The position numbers and the translations under genes are program-made. A DNA stretch of 64,000 bases from a candidate division WOR-3 bacterium (GTDB taxonomy: Bacteria > Hydrothermota > Tepidihabitantia > Tepidihabitantales > Tepidihabitantaceae). The stretch covers positions 17,466 to 81,465 of the forward strand of contig CBFGJV010000007.1 of NCBI GenBank assembly GCA_965649205.1, given 5' to 3'. Positions 19,962 to 29,904 of the stretch are shown here, one piece after another (positions within the stretch are counted from its first letter, which is position 1; every line of letters starts with the position of its first letter). A model generated the notes under the pieces. It saw only the letters and a list, made by a program, of their open reading frames with translations. It had not been told where the DNA came from and made no database searches.

Positions 19962-20708
19962 TTGCCGGTGCACATAAAGACCGAAAGAGAGATTGCCGGT
20001 ATTCGCCAGTCGGGGGCTATCTGCGCCGAGGTGTTTCGTTTGATGGAGTCGGCAGTAGAGCCGGGTATCAGTCTGAAGCAGCTGGAGAGGATATGCGTGG
20101 AGTGCATCCGTTCGTATGGCGCCGAACCGACTTTTCTGGGATACAGAGGTTTCCCCGGTGCAGTTTGTCTTTCTGTGAACGAGGAAGTGGTGCACGGTAT
20201 TCCGACTGAGCGCAAATTGGTGGAAGGAGATATTCTGAAGGTTGATGTAGGCGTGACCAAGGACGGGTTTATTGCCGATGCGGCCAGAACATATGAAGTG
20301 GGTAGAGTAAAACCGGAAGTGCATGCGTTAGTGCTTGCGACCGAACAAGTATTCCGCTTGGGAGCGGGACAGGCCAGGGCGGGTAATAGAGTAAAAGACA
20401 TTAGTGCGGCTATACAACGGTACGTGGAAAAGCGGGGCTACTCGGTGGTTCGGGATTTGTGCGGTCATGGAGTAGGTCTGGAGCTGCACGAGGAACCGCA
20501 GGTGCCTAACTTTATCGGTCGCAACAAGGGTTTGAAATTGGTGCCGGGAATGACCTTGGCGATTGAGCCGATGGTGAATATGGGCAGTTGGGAAGTAGAG
20601 ACGAAAGATAACGGCTGGACGGTGATAACGCGAGACCGTTTACCCTCGGCCCATTATGAGAACACCGTACTTGTTACTGAGGACGAACCGGTTATACTTA
20701 CTACGTAA
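19962..20708 (+). CDS. map: Methionine aminopeptidase type I
   Basis: 248 aa with a MetAP fold pattern (HGIP...D..VD.G; HGVG..LHE). TTG or GTG start at 19962/19968. Confidence 0.9.
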   Translation: MPVHIKTEREIAGIRQSGAICAEVFRLMESAVEPGISLKQLERICVECIRSYGAEPTFLGYRGFPGAVCLSVNEEVVHGIPTERKLVEGDILKVDVGVTKDGFIADAARTYEVGRVKPEVHALVLATEQVFRLGAGQARAGNRVKDISAAIQRYVEKRGYSVVRDLCGHGVGLELHEEPQVPNFIGRNKGLKLVPGMTLAIEPMVNMGSWEVETKDNGWTVITRDRLPSAHYENTVLVTEDEPVILTT

Positions 20709-20762
20709 TACACGGTTATGGTTTGTGCGGCGATAGGCAAAAATAGCAATCGGTAATTAGGT

Positions 20763-20981
20763 ATGGCAAAGAAAGACCTTATACAGCTTGAAGGAGTGAT
20801 TACCGAAGCTCTTCCCAATGCGACCTTCCGGGTTGAGCTGGATAATGGTCACAAGGTGCTTGCCCACGTGTCTGGCCGCATGCGGATGAACTGGATAAGA
20901 ATACTGCCCGGAGATAGGGTGACGGTGGAATTTTCTCCTTATGACCTGAACCGCGGCAGGATTATATATCGTTTCAAGTAG
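20763..20981 (+). CDS. infA: Translation initiation factor IF-1
   Basis: 72 aa: [41 protein letters not shown]. Confidence 0.95.
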   Translation: MAKKDLIQLEGVITEALPNATFRVELDNGHKVLAHVSGRMRMNWIRILPGDRVTVEFSPYDLNRGRIIYRFK

Positions 20982-20989
20982 GAGGTTTT

Positions 20990-21106
20990 GTGAAGGTTAG
21001 AACTTCAGTGAAACCACGTTGTGCTCACTGCAAGGTGGTCAGACGCAAGGGCGTGGTGCGGGTAATCTGTAAGCGCGAACCCAAACATAAACAGAGGCAG
21101 GGCTAG
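20990..21106 (+). CDS. rpmJ: 50S ribosomal protein L36 (zinc-binding type)
   Basis: 38-aa GTG-initiated ORF: (M)[37 protein letters not shown]. Absent from the ORF track because it is under 60 aa. Lies 8 nt after infA. Confidence 0.85.
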   Translation: MKVRTSVKPRCAHCKVVRRKGVVRVICKREPKHKQRQG

Positions 21107-21171
21107 AAGATGCCCGTAGCCGCGTGTCCGGCACGGCGGCTGATGTACGGCAGTAGGCCCCTGCGAACCTG

Positions 21172-22776
21172 ATGGCCAAGTACATTTTTGTCACAGGCGG
21201 GGTAGTTTCGTCGCTAGGCAAGGGTATCGCTACTTCTTCCATTGGCCTTCTGTTGAAGAGCAGAGGGTTGACCGTGGTACCCTTAAAGTTTGACCCATAC
21301 GTGAACGTTGATCCGGGAACGATGAGTCCTTTTCAACACGGGGAGGTTTTTGTCACAGAGGACGGGGCGGAGACAGACTTGGACTTGGGGCACTATGAGA
21401 GATTCATCGACCTAAACCTGTCTCAGGACAACAACCTTACTACGGGACAGATTTATCTATCCGTCATAGAGAAAGAGCGGCGTGGTGAGTATTTGGGTCG
21501 TACCATTCAAGTAGTTCCTCACATTACAGGTGAGATAAAGAGTCGCATCAGAAAGTTGGCAGACCGTCGGGATGTGGTTATTACCGAGATTGGAGGCACG
21601 GTCGGCGATATCGAAAGTCTGCCATTCCTAGAGGCGGCCCGGCAGTTTGCACTGGAAGAGGGCAAGGAGAATGTACTTTACATTCATCTTACCCTGGTAC
21701 CTTATATCAGTGCTTCATGCGAATACAAGACAAAACCTACTCAGCATTCGGTAAACAAGTTACGCGAGATCGGTATTCAGCCGGACATATTGATGTGTCG
21801 GGCAGAGTCTCCTCTTCCGCCTGAGGCCCGAGAGAAAATTGCGCTGTTCTGCAATGTGCGGCCTGAAGCGGTGATCGAAGCTATAGATGTGGACAGCGTG
21901 TATAAGGTTCCTTTGGTCTTTGCTGCGCAGAAACTGGATCAACTGGTCTGCAAGATGCTGAAATTGCGCTGCCAACCATTGCAACTGAGCTCCTGGAAAG
22001 AGTTTGTGCATAGATTAGAAAACAGTTCCCAGACACTGGAGATAGGCCTTTGCGGCAAATATGTGGGCCTGCACGATGCTTACAAATCGGTTATCGAGGC
22101 AATTCATCACGCGGCTGCGGCTCTGGGCGTAAAGGCGCAGATACGTTGGCTGGAAGCGCAGGAGATAACTGCCGCCACAGTGGAGCAGAAGCTGGCCGGC
22201 TTGGCCGGCCTGGTGGTGCCGGGAGGATTCGGAGTGAGGGGAATGGAGGGGAAAATAGAGGCTATTACATTTTGTCGCGAACGTGAATTGCCTTTTCTGG
22301 GACTATGTGTGGGTATGCAGGTGGCGGTTATAGAGTTTGCCCGTTCCGTATGCGGTTTGAAAGACGCTAATTCCACCGAGTTTAATCCTCGTACCAGGCA
22401 TCCCGTTATCTTTCTGCTGCCGCAGCAGAGAGGTATTAGGCGTAAAGGCCATACCATGCGGCTTGGTTCCTATCCCTGTCGTCTGCGTCGGGGAACATTG
22501 GCTTACCGGTGTTATGGTCGTGAGAGTATTGCGGAGCGACACCGTCATCGCTATGAGTTCAACAATCGGTATCTGCAGGAGCTGGAACGGCGCGGGATGA
22601 TAGCAAGCGGGAAATCGCCGGATGGAGAGCTGGTAGAGATAGTGGAGCTCAGAGGTCATCCCTTTTTTCTGGCTTGTCAGTTTCATCCGGAGTTCAAGTC
22701 CCGTCCTTTGAGACCCCATCCTTTGTTTCTGGGATTCCTCAAAGCCGCGCGTAAAGCGGCATCTTCGCCTGCATAA
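21172..22776 (+). CDS. pyrG: CTP synthase
   Basis: MAKYIFVTGGVVSSLGKGI synthetase N-terminus and a GATase domain with GLCVGMQ in a 534-aa ORF. Confidence 0.95.
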   Translation: MAKYIFVTGGVVSSLGKGIATSSIGLLLKSRGLTVVPLKFDPYVNVDPGTMSPFQHGEVFVTEDGAETDLDLGHYERFIDLNLSQDNNLTTGQIYLSVIEKERRGEYLGRTIQVVPHITGEIKSRIRKLADRRDVVITEIGGTVGDIESLPFLEAARQFALEEGKENVLYIHLTLVPYISASCEYKTKPTQHSVNKLREIGIQPDILMCRAESPLPPEAREKIALFCNVRPEAVIEAIDVDSVYKVPLVFAAQKLDQLVCKMLKLRCQPLQLSSWKEFVHRLENSSQTLEIGLCGKYVGLHDAYKSVIEAIHHAAAALGVKAQIRWLEAQEITAATVEQKLAGLAGLVVPGGFGVRGMEGKIEAITFCRERELPFLGLCVGMQVAVIEFARSVCGLKDANSTEFNPRTRHPVIFLLPQQRGIRRKGHTMRLGSYPCRLRRGTLAYRCYGRESIAERHRHRYEFNNRYLQELERRGMIASGKSPDGELVEIVELRGHPFFLACQFHPEFKSRPLRPHPLFLGFLKAARKAASSPA

Positions 22777-22885
22777 GCCCTAGGTTCTGTTTCCGACTTG
22801 ACCGGGCGGGTTGTTTGTTCAGCCCGTTGACAGGACTGTGATTGTGGGTCAGAATGACACTAACACAAATGAGGTACCAAGCAGA

Positions 22886-23542
22886 ATGAAAACGGCAAGG
22901 CATAGCTTCTTGTTGTCAGGCAGAAATTCGAGGGCTTTCGTAATCAGTTGCGATGCAAGAACCAGCACAGCAGACTGCGTATGGTGTCTGCTTTTTGTCA
23001 TCTTGGTGCTGCTGGGGACGGGATGTCCTGAGTCCAGGACAGGGTTGGATTCAGGTGTCCGTCCCAGTCAGATAGTAGAAGAATTTGTGCTGCACGAGAG
23101 TGCGAGCGGGGAGAGACTGTACACACTTAGAGCCGAGACCGCGTATGTATATGATGCGGAGCAGCGCGTCGACGTGGTGGCTCCATGTGTATTTTTCTAT
23201 GAGGCGGGCAGAACGATACACGCACTTCTAACCGCAGACCGGGGCGTGGTGTATTCTCAGACAGAAGACCTGGTAGCGCATGGTAAAGTGCTCGTTGTCA
23301 CTGAGGATAGTACCAAGCTGTGGACCGATTCTCTATTGTGGAATAACAGAACCAAACTGATAACGACCGATGCCCCGGTAGAAATCCAGACGCCGAAGGG
23401 GCGCATTGTAGGAGTGGGACTGGTGGCTGATGCCGGGTTGACGAAAATTGAAATTCTAAGTGCGGTTCAAGGTAGCTCCAGCTATAAGTTTGAGGTAGGC
23501 GCCGAAAGTAGTCCCGGTGCAGAAAATGCAGGCGAGCGTTGA
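22886..23542 (+). CDS. lptC: LptC-like LPS export periplasmic protein
   Basis: N-terminal membrane anchor and an LptC-like core (LWTDSLLWNNRTKLITTDAPVEIQTPKGRIVGVGL). Sits at the head of an lptA-lptB-rpoN array. Start approximate; the ORF track starts at 22811. Confidence 0.5.
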   Translation: MKTARHSFLLSGRNSRAFVISCDARTSTADCVWCLLFVILVLLGTGCPESRTGLDSGVRPSQIVEEFVLHESASGERLYTLRAETAYVYDAEQRVDVVAPCVFFYEAGRTIHALLTADRGVVYSQTEDLVAHGKVLVVTEDSTKLWTDSLLWNNRTKLITTDAPVEIQTPKGRIVGVGLVADAGLTKIEILSAVQGSSSYKFEVGAESSPGAENAGER

Positions 23543-23547
23543 CCGGT

Positions 23548-24558
23548 ATGCAGAATGAGATTGTTGCTGCTGCAGGAGGGTTTTCGGTGTCAGTCCTCCT
23601 GCAGGTAGGCTTTATCAGAGCGAACTTCAGTATTCCCAAAGCCTGCTTCTTTTTTGTTTTGGGACTGGGGTTGTGTTTGTTCGGATTGGCAGCGGCGGCA
23701 GATTTGTATGCGAAGAAGATGGAGATTGTGCGTACCGCGGAAGGACAGGTTACTTACTTCCAGGATAGTGTGCGTATCAGCGATGGTAGAACTCTTATCA
23801 CCGCCGGTTGGGCCCGGGTGAACGAATCACGGGGTTTGGCGGTGATTGGGGAGTCGGTTGTAATTGAGAATCCAGATGTATTGATAACTGCTGACTCGTG
23901 CGTGTATCACATGGATACGCGGCGAACGGAATTGACCGGTAGAGTGAGAGTAGAACAGGATTCGCTTGTCATCCTTGCGCCCGCGCTTGAGTATGTTCTG
24001 GACGGCAGGACAGTTTCTGCCGGAGCGGGGTTGGTAGTGCAGGTCAAGGAGGGAAAGACAGTGATTACTGGCGAGCGAGGCAGTTATGACCTTGCCAAGG
24101 GATTGGGCATCGTGGACCAAAGGCCAAGAATGATTCAGAAACAGGAGACTGACTCGGTGGTGGTAACGGCAGAACGAATGTCCTGGCTGGCCGGGGAATC
24201 ACGCGCAGGAGCATACGGGAATGTGCGGGTGATGGCAGGAGGAGCAGAGATGAGTTGTGAATCTCTGGAATATGTGACAAGTCAGGATTCGGGATTTGCC
24301 TGGGGTTCGCCGGTGCTTACAGACAGCGTAAGCAGGACCACTGGTGATACGGTCGGGATATTAGTGCGGGAGGGTAACTTATACCAGGTGACTATCGCAG
24401 GAAATGCTACGAGTCGGTATCGTACGCAGAGCGGAGAGTTAATAGAGGTGTCGGGGAGAATCATATTGGTGCGGTTGGATGCGGGAAAGATTGACACGAT
24501 TGATGTTGTGGATTTGGATTATGGTCGTGTGATCAGACAGCCGGAAAGTGGTACCTGA
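23548..24558 (+). CDS. lptA: LptA/OstA-like periplasmic protein (tandem OstA-like domains)
   Basis: Signal peptide followed by repeated OstA-like beta-jellyroll segments. Located between the lptC-like gene and lptB. Confidence 0.5.
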   Translation: MQNEIVAAAGGFSVSVLLQVGFIRANFSIPKACFFFVLGLGLCLFGLAAAADLYAKKMEIVRTAEGQVTYFQDSVRISDGRTLITAGWARVNESRGLAVIGESVVIENPDVLITADSCVYHMDTRRTELTGRVRVEQDSLVILAPALEYVLDGRTVSAGAGLVVQVKEGKTVITGERGSYDLAKGLGIVDQRPRMIQKQETDSVVVTAERMSWLAGESRAGAYGNVRVMAGGAEMSCESLEYVTSQDSGFAWGSPVLTDSVSRTTGDTVGILVREGNLYQVTIAGNATSRYRTQSGELIEVSGRIILVRLDAGKIDTIDVVDLDYGRVIRQPESGT

Positions 24559-25372
24559 AATGGGAAACGACTCTCAAGGCAGCGATGCTCGGCAGGTAAG
24601 TGCGGGTAAAGGAACGCAGCCCTTGCCTCCGTCTCGGCCCGGGGAAAACGGTAAGCGGCTACGGGCAGAGGGTCTGGTAAAAACCTACGGAGGCAGAAAG
24701 GTGGTGAACGAGGTTAGCCTGGAGCTATCTCAAGGAGAAGTGGTAGGTCTATTGGGCCCCAACGGTGCGGGAAAGACTACTACATTTCATATGATTACAG
24801 GCTTTGTCCGACCCGATCAGGGGCGAATCTGGTTAGATGGCACTGATATGACGGGAATGCCGGTGTATCGGCGTGCGCGGTTGGGACTGGGGTATTTGTC
24901 CCAGGAGCCCTCTATTTTTCGCAAGCTTTCCGTGCTGGACAATGTGAGGGCAATTCTGGAAATGGTGGGCTATGAGCGAGCAAGGATTGACGAGCGGGCA
25001 AGGGAGTTATTGGCCCGTTTTAATGTGTTGCACCTGGAGAAACAGCAGGGTGCCACTCTTTCTGGAGGAGAAAGGCGGCGGGCAGAGCTGGCTCGGGCTT
25101 TGGCTAGCGCACCTCACTTTTTGCTGCTTGATGAGCCATTCACAGGGGTTGACCCCATAGTGCGGGCGGAAATTCAGGACATAGTGCGTGGGTTGAAAGA
25201 AGACGGACTGGGAATTCTCATTACCGATCATAATGTGCGCGAGACGCTGGAGATAACTGATCGAGCTTACATTATGTACGATGCGCAGGTGCTGCTTTCT
25301 GGTACCTCGCATGACCTGGTGAACGACCCGAAGGCAAGACAGGTTTATCTGGGAGAAAGGTTCCGAATATGA
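24548..25372 (+). CDS. lptB: LPS export ABC transporter ATP-binding protein LptB
   Basis: Walker A (GPNGAGKTT), ABC signature (LSGGERRR), Walker B (LLLDEPF); 274 aa directly upstream of rpoN. Confidence 0.85.
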   Translation: MVPEMGNDSQGSDARQVSAGKGTQPLPPSRPGENGKRLRAEGLVKTYGGRKVVNEVSLELSQGEVVGLLGPNGAGKTTTFHMITGFVRPDQGRIWLDGTDMTGMPVYRRARLGLGYLSQEPSIFRKLSVLDNVRAILEMVGYERARIDERARELLARFNVLHLEKQQGATLSGGERRRAELARALASAPHFLLLDEPFTGVDPIVRAEIQDIVRGLKEDGLGILITDHNVRETLEITDRAYIMYDAQVLLSGTSHDLVNDPKARQVYLGERFRI

Positions 25373-26865
25373 AACAAGAGCTGGGAATGGGGTTGGACCA
25401 GAGGCAAGTACTGGGTCAGTACCTAACGCCGCAGCTGGTTCTTAATTTGAAGTTGCTGCAGATGCCGACACTGGAGTTGGAAGCGGTGATTAGGCAGGAG
25501 TTGGAGGAAAATCCGGCGTTGGAAGAAGCAGATGACGAGGATACAGAAGTTACGGCATGGGAAAGAGAAGAGGAGCCGGTTTTGCAGGTGGCAACCGATA
25601 CGACAGAGGAATCTGAACAATCGCTACTGCCGGGAGCAAACGAGGGGTCTCTGGAGCTGCGACCCGGTGAAGTAGACACTCCGGAAGAGCTGCCAGCTGA
25701 TGCCTATTCATTGGAAGACCTGATGCCTGATGACGGCGATTTGCCGAGTTTGCCAAGTTCTGCAGGAGGAGAGAATGCTGCTGAGGTCTGGGAGGTGGTG
25801 TCCGAGCCGGAGCCGGACCTGCGTGAGGCGTTGCTGCCGGTACTGCAGACTTTGTTGTCTGCAGATGATGCAGCGGTTGCAGAGAATATTTTTGACTACC
25901 TGAACGAGGACGGATTCTTAACAGTAGAAGAGGGGGAACTGGCACAGATTCTGCAGGTTGACCCTGCCCGCCTGCAGCGAATACTACAGATAATACGGCA
26001 GATTGAACCGGGCGGAATCGGTTGCCGCAATCTGCAACACGCATTTCAGGTGCAGTTGGAGCTTTTGGGTTTTGAGCCGACCAGCTTGGAAAACCAGTTA
26101 GTGACTGCGTACTGGGAATTGCTTTTGGCAAAGAAGATAGACAGAATTGTCCAGTGCTCGGGCGCAAGCGAGGAGCAGGTAAGAAAAGCGCTGGCAAAGA
26201 TACTGACTCTGGAGACGAGACCGGCCAGAAGGTTTTCCGCGGTGCGGACTGAGTATGTAATGCCTGATTTCAGCGTGGAATTACGTGAAGGCCGGCCGGT
26301 GGTGGAGGCAAACGACAGTTCCCTACCTCGGCTGAAACTGTCTCGGCAATACGCGGAGATACTGCGTAATCCCAAAGCCTTTTCCAAAGAACAGGTTCAG
26401 TTTGCCCGCGAAAAGTTCAACCGCGCGCTCATGTTCCTGCGGGGAATAGAGTCACGGCGGCGTACGCTCAGGCGACTTATGGAACTCGTGGTCGAGGAAC
26501 AAAGGGACTTCTTTCTGAAAGGACCGGAGTACCTGAAACCGGCTACATTGAAAGAGGCGGCTGAACGACTGCAGGTGCACCCTTCTACTGTTTCCCGGGC
26601 CACTGCGGGTAAATATGTGGAGACCTGCTATGGCATTTTCCCGCTTAAGCATTTTTTCCGGGCCGGGACAGGCGACAGATCGCGTATGAGTATCAGGGAG
26701 CGCATAAGGCAGATGGTGGACAATGAGGATAAATCTGCTCCCCTGAGTGACGACGATATGGTTGCATTGCTGCAAAAGGAAGGTATCAAGGTGGCGCGGC
26801 GGACCGTGGCTAAGTATAGACAGGAACTGGGTATTCCGGGAAGAAATCAAAGGTTGAGAGTTTGA
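25369..26865 (+). CDS. rpoN: RNA polymerase sigma-54 factor
   Basis: N-terminal Gln/Leu-rich region, acidic linker, HTH (LQVHPSTVSRA) and RpoN box (ARRTVAKYR). Confidence 0.9.
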   Translation: MKQELGMGLDQRQVLGQYLTPQLVLNLKLLQMPTLELEAVIRQELEENPALEEADDEDTEVTAWEREEEPVLQVATDTTEESEQSLLPGANEGSLELRPGEVDTPEELPADAYSLEDLMPDDGDLPSLPSSAGGENAAEVWEVVSEPEPDLREALLPVLQTLLSADDAAVAENIFDYLNEDGFLTVEEGELAQILQVDPARLQRILQIIRQIEPGGIGCRNLQHAFQVQLELLGFEPTSLENQLVTAYWELLLAKKIDRIVQCSGASEEQVRKALAKILTLETRPARRFSAVRTEYVMPDFSVELREGRPVVEANDSSLPRLKLSRQYAEILRNPKAFSKEQVQFAREKFNRALMFLRGIESRRRTLRRLMELVVEEQRDFFLKGPEYLKPATLKEAAERLQVHPSTVSRATAGKYVETCYGIFPLKHFFRAGTGDRSRMSIRERIRQMVDNEDKSAPLSDDDMVALLQKEGIKVARRTVAKYRQELGIPGRNQRLRV

Positions 26866-26884
26866 TCAGAGAAGGGCAGGAGCG

Positions 26885-28786
26885 GTGCACGTAGTAGTCG
26901 GTACTGCGGGCCACATTGACCACGGGAAGAGCGCCTTGGTACGGGCGCTTACTGGTACTGACCCGGACCGTCTCAAGGAAGAGAAAGAAAGGGGGATGAC
27001 CACAGATTTGGGTTTTGCTTTCCTGGGAGACAACATAACCATTATAGATGTGCCCGGGCACGAGAAATTCGTCCGTCATATGCTGGCTGGTGCTAGCACC
27101 ATTGACCTTGTGTTGCTGGTGGTGGCTGCGGATGACGGAGTAATGCCTCAGACCAGAGAACATTTTGAGATATGCAAGCTTATGGGAATACGCAAGGGAT
27201 TGGTGGTAATAAACAAGGCAGACCTGGTGGATGCAGAAATGCTGGAGCTGGTAAGGCAAGAAATAGCTGCGCTGGCGCAGGGGTCGTTTCTGGAGGGTGC
27301 GCCTGTTTTGGTGGTTTCAGCTCTCACTGGTCAGGGAGTGCCAGAACTCAGGGAGGCTATAGTAGAGATGGCCGGCAGGGTAGAACCCAAGCCGGACAGA
27401 GGTGTTTTCCGTATGCCGATAGACCGCTGTTTTTCTTTGCGGGGTTTTGGTACAGTGGTGGCGGGTACAATTCTTTCTGGTCAAGTACGGGTGGGAGAGC
27501 GACTGGAACTTCTTCCTGCTCAGATGGAAGTGCGGGTGCGGGGAATACAGAAACACAACCGGCCAGCAGATTCTGCCGGTCTGGGAGAAAGAGCAGCGCT
27601 GAACCTGCAGGGCGTGGAGCGGGAGACTGTGACGCGGGGCTGGGTTCTAGCCACCCCAGGCTATTACCAGCCTATGACCAGGTTCAATGCCTGGCTGTAT
27701 CTATTGAGACAGGACACACGACCTCTGCGGAATCTTACGAGGTTGAAGCTGCATATCGGTACGGCAGAAAAGATGTGCCGGATTGTGCTTTTGGACAAGA
27801 AGGAACTTCTGCCCGGGCAGGAAGCGTACGTGCAATGCCGGGTAGAAGAACCGGTGGTATGTGACTGGAATGACCATTTTGTCATCCGTACGTTTGCGCC
27901 TCAGCAGACGATAGGCGGCGGGGTAGTTCTAGAGACGAATTCGGATAAGGAAAAAAGGTTTGACGATGCGGTCATTCAGCGACTCCGGGCGTTGCGTTCA
28001 GGAGAAGCGGGTAGTGTGCTGGAACAGTATCTGATAAAAGCGGGACCAGAACCCAAAACTATGTTTCAGGCATGCCGGGACCTGGCCCTGGCTGAGGTGG
28101 AGGCGACAAAGATGCTGGAGGTGCTGGTGCGAACCGGCAGGGTGCGTCGGTTTCAGTGGGAAGCAAAGGAATGGTTAATACATGAACAGTCTTTTGCCCA
28201 GGCAGTGGCTGCAATTGAGTCTTTTCTGGCGGATTTTCACCGGCAGAATCCTTTTCGCCTGGGATTGAGGCGGCCCGAGTTGCGGGTAAAGGCGGGGTTG
28301 CCGATTGCGCTTTATGAGGCGGCACTGGCACATTTGGTGAGCACAGGCCGCATCGCGGTTGAGGCAGAGCGAATAAGGTTTGCAGAACACAGGCTGCAAC
28401 TGAGTCCAATCGAGCAGAAACACTTTGATCGACTGAGCAATACTTTTCGAGAGGCGGGTCTGCAGGCACCTTCTCTGGCAGAAGAACTGGCGATGCTGGA
28501 GAAGAGAGTGGCAGAAAGAGTGCGGGCTGCGTTGCTGGAAACAGGCACTCTTGTAGACTTGGGTGAGTCGGTGGTGCTGCATCGCGACACAATACGGGCG
28601 GCAGAGGACAAAATACGGCGTCTGTTTTCCCGCAAGCCGGAGCTGACTGCTTCGGAAATCAGGCAGGAGCTGGGCACGACTCGCAAATATCTGATTCCTC
28701 TGCTGAACTACTTTGACTCCCGGGGTATAACGCAAAGAAAAGGCGAGGTAAGGATTTTAAAGCAGAAAGGAACTACTGACCTGTGA
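26885..28786 (+). CDS. selB: Selenocysteine-specific translation elongation factor SelB
   Basis: GTP-binding N-terminus ([19 protein letters not shown]; DVPGHEKF; NKADL) plus a long C-terminal winged-helix extension; 633 aa. Confidence 0.85.
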   Translation: MHVVVGTAGHIDHGKSALVRALTGTDPDRLKEEKERGMTTDLGFAFLGDNITIIDVPGHEKFVRHMLAGASTIDLVLLVVAADDGVMPQTREHFEICKLMGIRKGLVVINKADLVDAEMLELVRQEIAALAQGSFLEGAPVLVVSALTGQGVPELREAIVEMAGRVEPKPDRGVFRMPIDRCFSLRGFGTVVAGTILSGQVRVGERLELLPAQMEVRVRGIQKHNRPADSAGLGERAALNLQGVERETVTRGWVLATPGYYQPMTRFNAWLYLLRQDTRPLRNLTRLKLHIGTAEKMCRIVLLDKKELLPGQEAYVQCRVEEPVVCDWNDHFVIRTFAPQQTIGGGVVLETNSDKEKRFDDAVIQRLRALRSGEAGSVLEQYLIKAGPEPKTMFQACRDLALAEVEATKMLEVLVRTGRVRRFQWEAKEWLIHEQSFAQAVAAIESFLADFHRQNPFRLGLRRPELRVKAGLPIALYEAALAHLVSTGRIAVEAERIRFAEHRLQLSPIEQKHFDRLSNTFREAGLQAPSLAEELAMLEKRVAERVRAALLETGTLVDLGESVVLHRDTIRAAEDKIRRLFSRKPELTASEIRQELGTTRKYLIPLLNYFDSRGITQRKGEVRILKQKGTTDL

Positions 28787-28861
28787 CTTGTCTGCAGTTA
28801 CAAGGATCGAGTCTATTACTGGCGCCAAAGAACCGGCGGCAAATAACCGATAAGGAGTCTA

Positions 28862-29902
28862 ATGGGTAGGAAAGGAATACTGGCCACGGTAAGTTGTGCA
28901 GGTTGAGCGTCCAAGCTTAGTAAGGCGCAGTTGGCGCTCGTACTTGACAAACTGAGAAGACACGAGGACCCCAGACTGCTTGTGGGTATTAATACTGCGG
29001 ACGACGCCGGGGTTTTCTTGTTGCGACCTGATCTGGCATTGGTGCAGACTGTGGATTTGCTCACGCCTATGGTGGAGGACCCCTATGTCTTTGGCCGGAT
29101 TGCGGCTACTAATTCTCTTTCAGACGTTTATGCCATGGCCGGCACGCCGGTGACAGTTTTGAACATAGCCGGTTTTCCGGCGCCCGCGGACAAATCCTGG
29201 CTTGCCGCTATATTGCAAGGCGGTGAGGACGCAGTGGCTGAGGCTGGGGCGGTGGTATGTGGCGGTCATACTTTCAACGAAAAGGAAATAAAGTTTGGGC
29301 TGGCCGTGACCGGTACCATTGATCCGGGGCGGATTGTAACTAATGCCGGCGCCAAGCCCGGAGACGTTCTGGTTCTGACCAAGCCTTTGGGAACAGGGAT
29401 ATTTGCACAAGTGATGATGAACGAAGATAAGGTTGATGAACGACTTTATCAGGCGGCAGTTCAATCGATGATGACCTTAAATCGGGCAGGGTCAGAGGCT
29501 ATGGTTCAACTGGGGGCGAATGCAGCAACGGATATTACCGGTTTTGGTTTGCTTGGACACGCCCAGGAGATGGCTCAGGCCAGTAGAGTGAGTATAAGGC
29601 TGGAGTTCAGCAGGATTCCCCTTCTGCCTGGGGTACGGGAGCTGGCGCGGGCCGGTATAGTGGATGCGGGGGTGGCTATGAATATGTCCAGTTTCGAGCA
29701 GTATGTGCACTGGGCCGAGTCCATTGTTGAATCTGACCGCAATTTGCTTTGGGAGTCAGAAAGTTCCGGTGGTCTTCTAGTGAGCCTTCCTCAGGAAAGT
29801 GCAGAACGGTATCTGGAAGCGGTGGGTGAGAGGGGGGTACAGGCAGCGGTAATCGGCGAAGTGCGGACAGGACCGCCTGGCGAAGTGGAAGTAAGGAGTT
29901 AG
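28862..29902 (+). CDS. selD: Selenide, water dikinase (selenophosphate synthetase) with an in-frame TGA at 28904-28906 read as selenocysteine
   Basis: ATG at 28862 (AAGGAG upstream) gives MGRKGILATVSCAG-U-ASKLSKAQLALVLDKL in frame with ORF 28931-29902. This aligns with E. coli SelD HGAGCGCKISPKVLETIL, the TGA replacing the catalytic Cys17. The rest is a typical SelD/AIR-synthase-related fold. Confidence 0.85.
28920..28943 (+). promoter_or_regulatory. Candidate SECIS hairpin 13 nt downstream of the selD UGA
   Basis: GUA-A-GGCGC-[AGUUG]-GCGCU-CG-UAC stem-loop. The apical loop contains GU, and spacing from the UGA is similar to bacterial SECIS elements. Confidence 0.4.
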
Positions 29903-29904
29903 TT

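Noticed and set aside
27172-27864. 230-aa plus-strand ORF in an alternative frame inside selB, plus several antisense ORFs at 28059-28735
   Set aside because: Gly/Arg/Ala-rich out-of-frame translation of a GC-rich gene with clear SelB homology in the primary frame.
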